A DNA stretch of 64,000 nt from Tubiluchus corallicola (GCA_030141605.1 JAQGDQ010000775.1:1-64000); one strand, 5' to 3'. Positions 1-15,949 are shown, numbered from the stretch's first letter. Notes: a model not told the origin generated them from the sequence alone. Translations and numbers: made by a program.

Positions 1-1043
1 TGTTTGTGAGAAATGTTGTGTCACATAGGTGTACCGCAGGGATCTGTCCTGTCACCGCTATTGTTTATCCTGTATGTATCAGATATGTTTAGTGAAATTG
101 ACCAAAACAGATACATTTTGAAGTTTAAATTTACTAATGACGGCACAGTTTATTTGTACGCAAATAATGAATGCTACGAATTGGCTCGGTTGACATGTGA
201 TAAACTTCATGCCTGGTGTTCTAAGTGGAGGCAGATGATGAACTGAAATTGAAACAAAACAGAAGTTATTGCTTTTGAAAATAATCAAAATTCCAGCATG
301 CCAAAATTACGTTTTGGTAACAAAGAGATTAATTATGTTAACAACATGAAAGTGCTTGGAGTTACTGTCGATAAACATAATAATTTCAACAGCCATACCT
401 CTAGAAACAGGCAAAGTGCTTGGAAGAAATGGGCTGAACTCAAGAACGTAATTTCTAAAAATAAAAGTTCAAGAATGACAACCATTATTAGATTATTCCA
501 ATCTGTTGTGATGCCAAGTATATTTTATGGTGCGCCAAGCTGGATGAAAAGAAAACTCTTTTTGATGATTTGCTGACTTTGACGATTTATGGTACGACGT
601 AATGAAAACTGCTGCGGGTGGGGTGCAATCACAGGATATCTGATATTGAAAGTATTTGTGGAATGCCTCCAGTAGATGTAGTTTTTTCGTGCATAGTCAG
701 CAAACTTATATTAAAAGCTTTGAGCTGTACGGATGAGGATTTACTTAAGCAAGAAATACTTATTTGTGAAGCATTGCCTTTAAATCGTCGAATAAATCGA
801 AGAACACAGTTTTTTTACACAGTATTGGGGAAGCAGTCACAAATGAATGCACATGTCATAGTGGGGGAAGCACAAACTTCAGACCATCTACTCTTTAATT
901 GTAGTTTAGTTGACCAAGAAGCCAGAAAAGATCTTATCGATGTTCTGCCCAACCGGGAATTAAGAGAGATTTACTTGAAAAGAAACGCATTAGTTTCCGA
1001 TAAATTTATACAAGTGGTGAAAGACATTATTTACAAAATCTAA
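1..1043 (+). mobile_element. Decayed non-LTR retrotransposon (LINE) ORF2, RT C-terminal part
   Basis: GVPQGSVLSPLLFILYVSD motif, degenerate FTNDG at the YADD position, KVLGVTVD motif; stops and frameshifts. Confidence 0.9.
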
Positions 1044-1109
1044 TGTAGTTTTTATTACTTCGAGTTAGCTGAGAATATATAGTGTGAAAAAACAGTAAGA
1101 TAAATAAAT

Positions 1110-1700
1110 TTATATATTTTGTTTTAATTTAACTTTCTGAACCATAGTTGTTACTAAATTGGTAGCCATAGTAACGTAAGCTTCGGGTTTGATGAGCCCT
1201 TCGGGTGACGAGACTTCTGTGACATCTTTGTGTGACTTTTCAATCCACTCATTGACCTTTTCTGCACTTGATATTTCTTTGGCTACAGACGAAACCACAT
1301 CTGAACTAGCAGACCCCTGACTAGCCTTTTGCATGCGCAAATGTTTGATTTCCATGGCTTGTAATTTTAGTTTCTGTTCTTTAATTTTCAAGGCATGCAA
1401 ATCAAGCCTGCTTAAGTTTGTTGCAGAAGTTTTCACACTGCTGTACGTGGTTTTGCCCTTTTGCGTCACTCCCCCTCGCCTGATTGGTCACGAGCCGTTT
1501 TAACACTCTCACTCTTTGAAGTAGGCGTGGTTTGCCTCTGCAGTAATCTCGCTGTCCAGTACTCGTTGGACTAATTCTGCTTTACTTCCAGCGACTTGTA
1601 ATCCCTTATCCCGTAGCAACTTTCTTAACTCTTGTACGGTTTTTTGCTGAAACTGTTCTTCATTTAGTGCCAACAAATCTTGTCCTTGCCCGGAAGCCAT
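1110..1700 (-). pseudogene. Disrupted ORF with an N-terminal SAP domain and a coiled-coil/Ser-rich segment, possibly a retroelement Gag-like N-terminus
   Basis: KTVQELRKLLRDKGLQVAGSKAELVQRV fits the SAP consensus. A second ORF (1110-1469) follows after frame disruptions. Confidence 0.6.
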
Positions 1701-2059
1701 GCTGTACTAGCCTTTTCCAGGTGTTCTGTTCTCGAAAGCAATATGGCCGTCTCGTCTAGGCACATGGACTAAGATATAAAACTGTACGCGACATGCGTTC
1801 GACTTCGTTTTATCTGAAGAAAAATTAAAAATTCTTTCTGCTAAACCAACGTCAAAACATTAAGTAACTGGTATAATGATTATTAATAATAATATGACAT
1901 GACGAAATGTAAAGAAATGAAACCTACATCTTTGCCGCATACCGGTGACTCACTACTTTCATATCCTAACTGTGAAATGAGGCCAATGGCCTATTTTCTG
2001 TACTAGCTCACCTGTCTAAACTAGGAAAAACAAACACCAGGAGGCACCACGTGCTTATA

Positions 2060-2950
2060 TCCAAAACACAATGTCTTTATAACAGTTCTACACCAAGCTA
2101 GAGGAAAAGCTGCAGACAAAAAAATCATGTTTAATAAAAGCAATAAATAATACAGGCGTCATTTGCAAGACTTTAGGCCTTTCTATCAAGTCTGTACACC
2201 AGCCATCACTAGAGCTTTTGTTTTCATTTAACAACTTAGGAGCCTCAAGTACCTCATTTTGCGAAATTTCATCATCTAAAACTGGGACATATACATTCGA
2301 TCGTATATCACCATAAATCGAGTTTGTAATAGGGAGAGTGGATTTACTTTAAAATGACCGTGTTAAGACATTTGCCTCAACATCTGTTTTATAAATCGAG
2401 TCATATGCTTTTAAGTTTCCTTTCGAGTTTATAATCTTCCATATTTCTTTAGCATTATTATCTTGTACTAATTCATGCCATTTATCATGCTCTTTTTGCT
2501 TTTCTAATACATTATAAGCTGTTAAAACTTTAGATCTAGCAGTTTGCTAAAAGTTTAAAAGTTCAACTGTACATTCTCTCTTATATGCCTCAAATGCTGT
2601 ATCAGCTATAACACTTAAATGTCTTTACTTCCATTTCATTTGTAGCAGGGTCGTTTGCCAACCTACAATTTCTACTATTTGTGTGATTTTTAACAAAAGT
2701 AGTATTTGATGACGCACCAGCTGTACTGTAGGTCGTATCAGTATTTTTGTTTCAATTTTTCAACAAACTCCCCCCACAGGACATATTTCCTTGGTTCAAC
2801 AAGCAGTCAGTTTTACCCTGAATAATTTTTGCATTATGCTCCATCAAAAGACTAACCGTATGCCTGCAAGCAAAGTTACAGGTATATATCTTTTTAAGTC
2901 TGGGCCTATACAATGGTATTCGGTGCTAATAACATGCGAAGTTTTTAAAG
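2060..2950 (-). mobile_element. Decayed LINE ORF2 fragment (mirror of about 6590-7465)
   Basis: Reverse complement of the right-arm fragment. Confidence 0.65.
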
Positions 2951-2956
2951 CCATAC

Positions 2957-3060
2957 TTAAAGGGGGAATATCCCCAAAATTAAATTGAGCTTAAATAACT
3001 CGAGATTATATGGTGAATAGAAATACGTACCTCATTCTTCACGAAAATTTCATGTTTAAG
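2957..3060 (+). mobile_element. Possible Kolobok-type DNA transposon terminus (TTAA|AGGGGGAATATC); mirrored at about 6480-6577
   Basis: TTAA followed by a purine-rich end at the edge of the LINE fragment. No independent second end was found. Confidence 0.3.
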
Positions 3061-5804
3061 AATCCTTGGCAAAAAGTTCGGATAAAATTGTATACAAAAC
3101 GAACATTTGGCTAGGCCGCCATTGAGCATGTACCTGCACCTGCGCCTCTGGTGGCGAAATTGCCTTACTACAGATGAAACTTGCCGAATTGCCCAAGGGA
3201 GAACGATTGTTCAACACTTGTTTGACTATTTGGTTACATCGACAAACAGCGTTCAGCATAAAGTACTTTTGCGCAGTTTATACCAGTTAAGCAGTGAGGG
3301 CATCACGGTAAAGATTAGCTCATTGAGAATTGAATGCGTGACTTGCTAGGTTTCGGTTTTGATTTTTCTTATTGAAAAACTTTCGTGGAATGTGTTACAC
3401 CAGGATTCAGCAATTAGACGGGATGCAGTAGTCAGACGGAATATCGAAATATAACAACTTTTAGTTTTCAATGAGCAACAGAAAATTACTGAAGCAATGA
3501 AAGTACGATCTAAAAACCTGGATTCACTCCTACAACCTGTGTGATAATTTCTCGGCTGTTTGCTTTGAAACGTGAGTTTAGAACACGATGAACTCTAGTC
3601 TTAAAAATATTGTGATTATACTTTCGGAGAGATTCTGTCAGATGCAGTTTTTTGTAGCTTCTTTTTGTTTCATTTTAAGCCCAAGTGCATTGTTCAGCGA
3701 AGCAGTTTAGTCATATCGAGATTTGTATCCATTTCAATAAAAATATCACAATTACATTATGTAATGCAGTTATTTGCGCTAAAAATTTATTCTGAATTTT
3801 AATTGTTAATCCTTACACCATAAACAACGACTTCAGTGTATTTGGTAATTTGTGTAGCACAAAGAGCTTTGTACTAGAGAATTTTGTCATGCATATACTT
3901 TTTTCAACTTTGTAATAGAAGGAATGACAGAATAACCTTGCTTGAAACAACAAAATAAATAATTACTTTGTCATCGAACCACGTTATATCGTTAGTTTTT
4001 TATTTTGTAAAAGTGGATAACAATTATATTAATAATAAATGTATTGTTATCATTAATTTTTATATCAGCCCAACTGACCATGTGACGTCATCGTACGTAT
4101 TAAAATTATGCTAAAGTTCATTTTGTACTCCAAATAAAATATTCACTTCTGTTCAATTTGTGGGTTGGATTTTTGCCCGCCGTTTAATGCCTCTCCGCTT
4201 TTCCCTGTTTGATGGGGATCTTCCTGCCACATGTCTTGAATGGTTACAGGGTAATTTTCGCGTTCCTGGGAAAGCATTGAACCGTGATTTTCCTTATTGC
4301 CGCCATTACGGGTTTCAGCTACGTTTGAAGCTACACGTTTTGTTGCAGCAAGTTTGAGATCTCATAACTTTTGAGATCTCATAATGAGTTTGTTAGTTTT
4401 GTCTTTTACTTTATCCGAGCACGCCAGAGTTCAACACATGTGGATAAAAATAATAAAAGGAAAAATATAAAACATTCTCCATACAAATTTTAAAGCAAGG
4501 GGTTTTTATCCAAAATTTTTTTAGTGAAGTCCCTAGTAGTTTGATTAAAACAGATGCTATTTTTATGCCATTAGCATTTATGCTTAGAAATGACGAGGAC
4601 GAACAGAAGGACAAACAAACGTTAATGCATTTTTATAAAAAATGTGCAAAATTATTTAATACTAATTTCAAAAAAATATTTTTATAAATTACTTACATAC
4701 ATACATACATATAACGAAAAATTTCAGTTAACCACAACCCAGGTGTAATAGGACGAGAGGAGAGGATAATGAATTTCATGGTCGTAGCAGCTGTACATAT
4801 GGGCTATCATCAGGTTGTGGTTCCGTGGGTCCAGTTATCCAGGAACACACCTCCAAAACCAAGAAACCACACAGGGGCTCACACATTGCTGGGGCTCACA
4901 CATTGCAGACTTCACCACCAGAGCGTTAGCCAGAAACAAGGATCCTGTGTCTCGAAACGTCTCCTTTTACTCCTGTAAGAGTCAGCAAATGGCGGAGAAA
5001 GCGAGAAAAGTTCCTCGTTCTCAAACTTCGGCGGCAACCTCCTTAGGCATTTCCAAACTCCACCGGGAAGTTCCCTGGCTACTAGTAAAACTACCAAGGA
5101 GCCGTCTGGTTTCCTCTCGGAGAAATTTGATTACGATGAGAAGACCAAAACTAACAAACTCATTATGAGATCTCAAAAGTTATGAGATCTCAAACTTGCT
5201 GCAACAAAACGTGTAGCTTCAAACGTAGCTGAAACCCGTAATGGCGGCAATAAGGAAAATCACGGTTCAATGCTTTCCCAGGAACGCGAAAATTACCCTG
5301 TAACCATTCAAGACATGTGGCAGGAAGATCCCCATCAAACAGGGAAAAGCGGAGAGGCATTAAACGGCGGGCAAAAATCCAACCCACAAATTGAACAGAA
5401 GTGAATATTTTATTTGGAGTACAAAATGAACTTTAGCATAATTTTAATACGTACGATGACGTCACATGGTCAGTTGGGCTGATATAAAAATTAATGATAA
5501 CAATACATTTATTATTAATATAATTGTTATCCACTTTTACAAAATAAAAAACTAACGATATAACGTGGTTCGATGACAAAGTAATTATTTATTTTGTTGT
5601 TTCAAGCAAGGTTATTCTGTCATTCCTTCTATTACAAAGTTGAAAAAAGTATATGCATGACAAAATTCTCTAGTACAAAGCTCTTTGTGCTACACAAATT
5701 ACCAAATACACTGAAGTCGTTGTTTATGGTGTAAGGATTAACAATTAAAATTCAGAATAAATTTTTAGCGCAAATAACTGCATTACATAATGTAATTGTG
5801 ATAA

Positions 5805-5848
5805 GCAATACGTAACTATCAAATTGCTTCGTTCAGTTACGTATTGCT
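5805..5848. other. Oxford Nanopore ligation adapter remnants (end adapter followed by start adapter)
   Basis: GCAATACGTAACT at 5805-5817 and CTTCGTTCAGTTACGTATTGCT at 5827-5848 match the ONT Y-adapter sequences GCAATACGTAACTGAACGAAGT and AATGTACTTCGTTCAGTTACGTATTGCT. Confidence 0.92.
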
Positions 5849-5849
5849 C

Positions 5850-6094
5850 NNNNNNNNNNNNNNNNNNNNNNNNNNNNNNNNNNNNNNNNNNNNNNNNNNN
5901 NNNNNNNNNNNNNNNNNNNNNNNNNNNNNNNNNNNNNNNNNNNNNNNNNNNNNNNNNNNNNNNNNNNNNNNNNNNNNNNNNNNNNNNNNNNNNNNNNNNN
6001 NNNNNNNNNNNNNNNNNNNNNNNNNNNNNNNNNNNNNNNNNNNNNNNNNNNNNNNNNNNNNNNNNNNNNNNNNNNNNNNNNNNNNNNNNNNNNN
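5850..6094. other. Assembly gap (245 N)
   Basis: Run of N. Confidence 1.
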
Positions 6095-6589
6095 ACCGTC
6101 TGACTACTGTATCCCGTCTAATTGCTGAATCCTAGTGTAACACATTCCACGACCGTTTTTCAATAAGAACAATCAAAACCGAAACCGAGCAAATCACGCA
6201 TTCAATTCTCAATGAGCTAATCTTTACCGTGATGCCCTCACTGCTTAACTGGTATAAACTGCGCAAAAGTACTTTATGCTGAACGCTGTTTGTCGATGTA
6301 ACCAAATAGTCAAACAAGTGTTGAACAATCGTTCTTCCTTGGGCAATTCGGCAAGTTTCATCTGTAGTAAGGCAATTTCGCCACCAGAGGCGCAGGTGCA
6401 GGTACATGCTCAATGGCGGCCTAGCCAAATGTTCGTTTTGTATACAATTTTATCCGAACTTTTGCCAAGGATTCTTAAACATGAAATTTTCGTGAAGAAT
6501 GAGGTACGTATTTCTATTCACCATATAATCTCGAGTTATTTAAGCTCAATTTAATTTTGCTGATATTCCCCCTTTAAGTATGGCTTTAA

Positions 6590-7465
6590 AAACTTCGCAT
6601 GTTATTAGCACCGAATACCATTGTTTAGGCCCAGACTTAAAAAGATATACCTGTAATTTTGCTTGGCATACGGTTAGTCTTTTGATGGAGCATAATGCAA
6701 AAATTATTCAGGGTAAAACTGACTGCTTGTTGAACCAAGGAAATATGTCCTGTGGGGGGAGTTTGTTGAAAAATTGAAACAAAAATACTGATACGACCTA
6801 CAGTACAGCTGGTGCGTCATCAAATACTACTTTTGTTAAAAATCACACGAATAGTAGAAATTGTAGGTTGGCAAACGACCCTGCTACAAATGAAATGGAA
6901 GTAAAGACGTTTAAGTGTTATAGCTGATACAGTATTTGAGGCATATAAGAGAGAATGTACAGTTGAACTTTTAAACGTTTGGCAAACTGCTAGATCAAAA
7001 GTTTTAACAGCTTATAATGTATTAGAAAAGCAAAAAGAGCATGATAAATGGCATGAATTAGTACAAGATAATAATGCTAAGGAAATATGGAGGAAGATAA
7101 ACTCGAAAGGAAACTTGAAAGCAAATTACTCGATTTATAAAACAGATGTTGAGGCAAATGTCTTAACACGGTCATTTTAAAGTAAATCCACTCTCCCTAT
7201 TACAAACTCGATTTATGGTGATATACGATCGAATGTATATGTCCCAGTTTTAGATGATGAAATTTCGCAAAATGAGGTACTTGAGGCTCCTAAGTTGTTA
7301 AATGTAAACAAAAGCTCTAGTGATGGCTCTTGTACTGACCTGATAGAAAGGCCTAAAGTCTTGCAAATGACCCTGTATTATTTATTGCTTTTACTAAACA
7401 TGATTTTTTGTCTGCAGCTTATCCAGTAGCTTGGTGTAGAACTGTTATAAAGACATTGTGTTTTG
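6590..7465 (+). mobile_element. Decayed LINE ORF2 fragment (linker before RT and RT start)
   Basis: Manual translation gives KWHELVQDNNAKEIWRKINSKG, VPVLDDEISQNEV and AYPVAWCRTVI. Confidence 0.7.
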
Positions 7466-7826
7466 GATATAAGCACGTGGTGCCTCCTGGTGTTTGTTTT
7501 TCCTAGTTTAGACAGGTGAGCTAGTACAGAAAATAGGCCATTGGCCTCATTTCACAGTTAGGATATGAAAGTAGTGAGTCACCGGTATGCGGCAAAGATG
7601 TAGGTTTCATTTCTTTACATTTCGTCATGTCATATTATTATTAATTATCATTATACCAGTTACTTAATGTTTTGACGTTGGTTTAGCAGAAAGAATTTTT
7701 AATTTTTCTTCAGATAAAACGAAGTCGAACGCATGTCGCGTACAGTTTTATATCTTAGTCCGTGTGCCTAGACGAGACGGCCATATTGCTTTCGAGAACA
7801 GAACACCTGGAAAAGGCTAGTACAGC

Positions 7827-8390
7827 ATGGCTTCCGGGCAAGGGCAAGATTTGTTGGCACTAAATGAAGAACAGCTTCAGCAAAAAACCGTACAAGAGTT
7901 AAGAAAGTTGCTACGGGATAAGGGATTACAAGTCGCTGGAAGTAAAGCAGAATTAGTCCAACGAGTACTGGACAGCGAGATTACTGCAGAGGCAAACCAC
8001 GCCTACTTCAAAGAGTGAGAGTGTTAAAACGGCTCGTGACCAATCAGGCGAGGGGGAGTGACGCAAAAGGGCAAAACCACGTACAGCAGTGTGAAAACTT
8101 CTGCAACAAACTTAAGCAGACTTGATTTGCATGCCTTGAAAATTAAAGAACAGAAACTAAAATTACAAGCCATGGAAATCAAACATTTGCGCATGCAAAA
8201 GGCTAGTCAGGGGTCTGCTAGTTCAGATGTGGTTTCGTCTGTAGCCAAAGAAATATCAAGTGCAGAAAAGGTCAATGAGTGGGTTGAAAAGTCACACAAA
8301 GTTGTCACAGAAGTCTCGTCACCTGAAGGGCTCATCAAACCCGAAGCTTACCTTACTATGGCTACCAATTTATTGTATATTCTCAGCTAA
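7827..8390 (+). pseudogene. SAP-domain disrupted ORF (mirror copy)
   Basis: Near-identical to 1110-1700 on the opposite strand. Confidence 0.6.
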
Positions 8391-8399
8391 CCCGAAGTA

Positions 8400-9440
8400 A
8401 TAAAACTACATTAGATTTTGTAAATAATGTTTTTCATCTACTGGAGGCATTCCACAAATACATTCAATATCAGGTTTCCTGTGATTGCACCCACCCGCAG
8501 CAGTTTTCATTACGTCATACAATAAATCATCAAAATCAGCGTGTTTTCTGTTCATCCAGCTCGGCGCACCATAAAATATACTTGGCATCACAATAGATTG
8601 GAATAATCTAATAATGGTTGTCATTCTTGAACTTTTATTTTTAGAAATTACGTTCTTGAGTTCAGCCCATTTCTTCCAAGCACTTTGCCTGGTTCTAGAG
8701 GTATGGCTATTGAAATTCTTATGTTTATCGACAGTTACTCCAAGCACTTTCATGTTGTTAACATAATTAATCTCTTTGTTACCAAAACGTAATTTTGGCA
8801 TGCTGGAATTTTGATTATTTTCAAAAGCAATAACTTCTGTTTTGTTTAAATTTCAGTTCATCATCTGCCTCCACTTAGAACACCAGGCATGAAGTTTATC
8901 ACATGTCAACCGAGCCAATTCGTAGCATTCATTATTTTCGTTTGCGTACAAATAAACTGTGCCGTCATTAGTAAATTTAAACTTCAAAATGTATCTGTTT
9001 TGGTCAATTTCACTAAACATATCTGATACATACAGGATAAACAATAGCGGTGACAGGACAGATCCCTGCGGTACACCTATGTGACACAACATTTCTGACA
9101 AACAATGTTCTATTCGTATTTTAATACGCCTGCTTTTCAGAAATGTGCAGATCAATTTCAAAAGCCTGCCTGCTACCCCTGCTTGGGCTAACTTAAATAT
9201 TAAACCATTTACCCAAATGCCATCGAAGGCCTTTGTGAAGTCACAGAAGACTGCAATTCCAGGACAGTTTTGAAGCCTGTTTCTTTCAATAGCGGAAACT
9301 AGTCTAAGCAGATAGCGACTTGTGCTATGCAAGTGTTGAAATCCTTCCTGCTCTTGATCTATAGTGTTATTGTCATTTAACCAGGTTCTCAATCTGATCT
9401 CTATGAGCTTCTACTGTTTTGCCATAATAGAACGCAATCG
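8400..9440 (-). mobile_element. Decayed LINE ORF2 RT region (longer mirror copy of 1-1043)
   Basis: QEGFQ, VFCDFTKAFDGIW and GVPQGSVLSPLLF motifs. Confidence 0.9.
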
Positions 9441-9449
9441 TAATTGGCC

Positions 9450-9454
9450 AAGAG

Positions 9455-9505
<51 letters not shown>

Positions 9506-9524
9506 AAGAAAAAGAGGGAAGAGC

Positions 9525-9555
<31 letters not shown>

Positions 9556-9625
9556 ACGAGAGAGAGAGGAAGAGAGAGAGAGAGAGAGGAAGAGAGAGAA
9601 AGCGAGAGAGAGTGAAAGAGAGAGC
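9450..9625 (+). repeat. Imperfect (GA)n microsatellite
   Basis: Seen directly. Confidence 0.98.
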
Positions 9626-9965
9626 GAGTCCTTGAGTGCGGGATTGGGGTAATGACATTTAAGGATTAAGATCACGATTGTTATCAGTGTTTGGATTCTG
9701 TAAGTTGAAGAGACTCTAATCCCTCAAAGCTATTAGCGACACAGGGCGCTTATATTTTTCTACCTGGATGATCACACTGTAAAGCTAATTTTCTACATGA
9801 TAGGAATTTGCAAACACTCCGCGTGGGAAAAGCTAATCCGAGTTTAAAACTGATTTTCTTTGTGATACGTGGCTTTAGTTTCGAAAATAGGCGCCTGATG
9901 TTATTACACTAATCCGTTGTTTTCGGAATCTTCTTTAAAGGAAAGCGACCTGGGAGCAGATAAAA
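9620..9965 (+). repeat. Unclassified repeat X, diverged copy 1
   Basis: GTAATGACATTTAAGGATTAAGATCACGATTG and downstream sequence align by eye with 13192-14219 and the reverse complement of 25079-26170. Confidence 0.6.
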
Positions 9966-11747
9966 TGCGCTCTCACATTTAGACTTAAAAGAGCAATTTG
10001 GGTTTTACTTTTAAAAGAGGAAACGTCATCTTCTCCCCGAATATATCCTGTATTGAAACAATAGTAATAATATTTACAAGGAAATATAAAACATACCGTA
10101 TAGAATAAAACTTTCACAGATAAAAAACCAATTTATTATACAAACATTGTGTTTTAGCTGTTCTACATGGTTTTTGAGATTACCAGTAATCAAATAATAA
10201 ATGTAAACGACAGATCTAAACTTTAAAACATTCTAAGTGACAAAATAATATATAAAAAACCTTGTTATATATATAAAATATACTACTACAACCATAAATT
10301 ATAAACGAAACTCTCAATTTTTTATTTTAAAAATCAATTTGTTAACCTTAAAGGAAGACCGGACGATTGTTTAGACTCAATCTCATTTTAATTTGCTGTC
10401 CAAAATATATATTTTCTTGCCTATCAACGTTAACTATTGTTCCTTATGTTCCTTATATTTTCCTAATAATTATTTTAGAAAGTTAATTAACGGCAACTGA
10501 ACACAGCTATTGCTTACATCAGAAACTAACCACAGTTTGTGCAATGGCTGGCATCTTCCCTTGCAGCACATCAAGCACATTTGCGTAAGTGTTACAATAC
10601 TGTTTAAATGCATGATGTCACGAAAAATGGGCTCTACATTATATGACGTCAGAAACTAACATTTTAGTTCATGATCATGCTTATCACGGTACGAATGTGA
10701 CAAAGAGGCGCCGCTGCCAATCTTAGTAGATTCACAGAGCCGCGCGTAGCTTTGAATGTTTAACGAAATTTGCGTATCCGAGGTTATTATTATTTAATTT
10801 AAGCTTTGATTGACAAAATTGGCTTAAATTAACTGATTTTATACGGGCCTAGATGATAACGCCAATCAATCAATATTGTTAAATGCACATAGGCTCAGCT
10901 TCATAGAATCTCTGCATGTAATAATGCATACATCATACATGTACGTGAGTATGTGCCAAAGGGTGTTTCAAGACGTTACGACGTCCTAGGCTGGCAGTTC
11001 AGACCTACTCATCTCTACTACTGTATTGATTATTTATATATGAAACTGCATGCAATTACTTGTGTGCGTGCGTGCGTGTACGCATTATTTATATACAAAC
11101 CTACAAATTAACATGAGCAATTGCAGTGTAATTAATCTATAACATATAGATTAATTGCAGGGCACGTAATGGGTGCAATTTTTAATGTGCCAAATCCGCC
11201 ACATCGTATTGGAGTAAAACGGCCAAGAAACAAATGGCAGAACCTTCAACAAACGAAAAAGGAAAATCTCTGTCCCTCCTTTCTGTCTCTCTCTATCCCT
11301 CTTTCTTTCTTTCTCTCTCCCTTCCCCTTCTTCTCTCTATGAGAGGGAGGCAGAGAAAAATCAATAAATCAATAAAAATGCATTAGTTTTTTACATAGTA
11401 GGCAGCCCATCACGCAGTCAGCCAGCTTCTTTCCTCAGGAAGAACAATAAAATTTTACTTACAAGAAAATTGAAGAAGTATTTGCAAGTACATAATTCAC
11501 ACTTGTTGCTACAAGTGCTTTCGTTTTCGTGAAATGTTTTTAGTTTTTTAAACCAATAATTGATTTGAGATATTCTTGTTTTATTAAAAACGCAAAAGTG
11601 ATTTTGGCTCATTAGAATTGCGCGCATTCCGACACTATTGGTGGACTTAATAAATAAAATTACAGTCTATGCGCGGCTGAAAAGTTTTTAATCATCCGCC
11701 GTTTGATGCCGCCAGCGTAGCTGCTTAGCGCAAAAGCGAGAACAGGG

Positions 11748-11949
11748 CACACTGCGCATGATCACGGCAATTCCACACAGCGCGCTTTGCTACACGCTAT
11801 GATGGCGTCACAGAGCACACTGCGCATGATCACGGCAATTCCACACAGCGCGTTTTGTCTACACACTTTGATGGCGTCATAGAGCACTCTGCGCATGATC
11901 ACTGTAATTCCACACAGCGCGTTTTGTCTACACACTTTGATGGCGTCAT
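11748..11949 (+). repeat. Tandem repeat, 3 units of about 67-69 bp, each with ACTGCGCATG or a close variant
   Basis: GCACACTGCGCATGATCACGGCAATTCCACACAGCGCG...GATGGCGTCA occurs three times. The upstream flank 11644-11760 is shared with 17686-17850. Confidence 0.9.
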
Positions 11950-12304
11950 GGTTTATGGGGAATTCTTTTGCGCGAATTTGCGCAAAACTTTGCTATGCAA
12001 ATAACAGTTCGTGTTTTTGCGCAAGAGATCTCAAATGTTTACAACTAATGATTTCAATAAACTAAATTTAATTAGATTCTGCGTAAACTGAATGCAACTC
12101 TGACTGTGAAGTAATACGCATAAATTTATTTATTTATTTTCGAAAGTTTATTTCAGTACGGAAAAAATGTCATATAAAAGTAAAAAATTACCCTAAAAAC
12201 TAAGAAATATTACGCGCCAGGCGCAGTTAAATGAGCTACGAAAATACGCAAAAAATAAAAAAATAAGAAATATAAAACACAAAGAATCAGTTATGTTATT
12301 ATAC

Positions 12305-14830
<2,526 letters not shown>

Positions 14831-15103
14831 ATCCCCACGTGTTTGATCGACGTGCATCATCGAGTTCAGTTCACTGCAAGCAGCAATCAGGTAAATACAA
14901 ACGCACGACCAGAGACACTGAAAAAATCCAAATTCATTTCAATTCACACATTCATTTCAGACTTAAAATACATAAAGATATAATGGAAAAAAAATGAAAT
15001 AAAATACATATATATAATATATAATAATATATAAAATACAAACGTTTAAATGCATAAAATATAGTAATATTATTATTAGATGCTGATTTTAGATTATATT
15101 ACC

Positions 15104-15141
<38 letters not shown>

Positions 15142-15949
15142 TATATACTGTTCACTATATATGTAAATTATACTACATATTTTACATATTTCAACTGTTC
15201 TCACTAGTAGCTTTGTGATGCTATCTGTTTGGATTTTTTATACGTGTTGTATAATTCCAGATTATAAAAAAATAAACCTAGTGCAGTACAACAATTGCAT
15301 GTAGTCCTGTAGTCCTTATTGATTATTTTTGAAATTATTGATCTATAATGGATTATAATGTTTGTTTCTTATAATAAATAGTAATAATGCTCTCTATTTC
15401 TCTGCACATATATTAATGAAGGTTCTATTGCATTTTTCATTTTCTCCTATTATCTCTTTTTCTGTCCTAATTTGTTCCATTTTCGTTTTTCCAGAATGAC
15501 GGTTCATGTTGATTACACACGTGAGAATAGAAAAATTCTGCGACCTTAATGGTAGCTCGGAGCTGTAATTGTGGTTCGCTGTAAAATAAGAAATAAATTT
15601 TGCATAAAACTAATTTTAAAAAATTATTATTTTCTTTGTTCTTCTTTTACAGTATTTTTCTTACTTCTTTTTTCAATTTGAAATACTTTTCCTTTCGTAT
15701 AAAAAAATTGTGAAGTGATTTTTTGCCAGAATTTTCTTTCATTGTTACTGATGATTGCAAAAAAATGTTAGTTCACAAATAATGTTGAAATTAAGACTAT
15801 ATAAAATTATTTATTTACACGTGTTTGTTCAACTAGTTTGGCAGCTTTGATAATTATAGGTGTTTAACATCTTCAATGACAAGTGTGAACAGGTCAGGGT
15901 ACCAACACGATCTGCTTGGCAGCTTGCCAGCTACAAATTCGTTAAAGGA

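Larger units (their letters stand above)
1..9104. repeat. Large inverted duplication (arms about 1-4405 and 5141-9104, spacer about 735 bp); probably partly an assembly artefact
   Basis: Bases 1-44 are the near-exact reverse complement of 9061-9104. ORFs are mirrored (4160-4357+ and 5190-5387- are identical; 1509-1700- matches 7827-8018+). The inner arms look identical, while the outer arms differ by SNPs and two deletions. Confidence 0.95.

Noticed and set aside
4769-5168. ORFs in the palindrome spacer
   Set aside because: No motifs, and the region may be low-quality chimeric-read sequence.
5804-5848. Hairpin resembling a terminator or structured RNA
   Set aside because: It matches Nanopore adapter sequences.
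5824-6135. ORFs spanning the gap
   Set aside because: They consist of N bases.
2957-6577. Foldback transposon with very long TIRs bounded by TTAA
   Set aside because: The inverted symmetry continues far beyond the TTAA sites, and the centre contains adapter sequence and a gap.
9364-9675. RE- or SL-rich ORFs (also 13878-14222, 19507-20096, 29189-29479, 31872-32117)
   Set aside because: These are translations of microsatellites or low-complexity DNA.
11748-11949. CRISPR-like array
   Set aside because: The units repeat in full with no unique spacers, there are no cas genes, and the context is eukaryotic.
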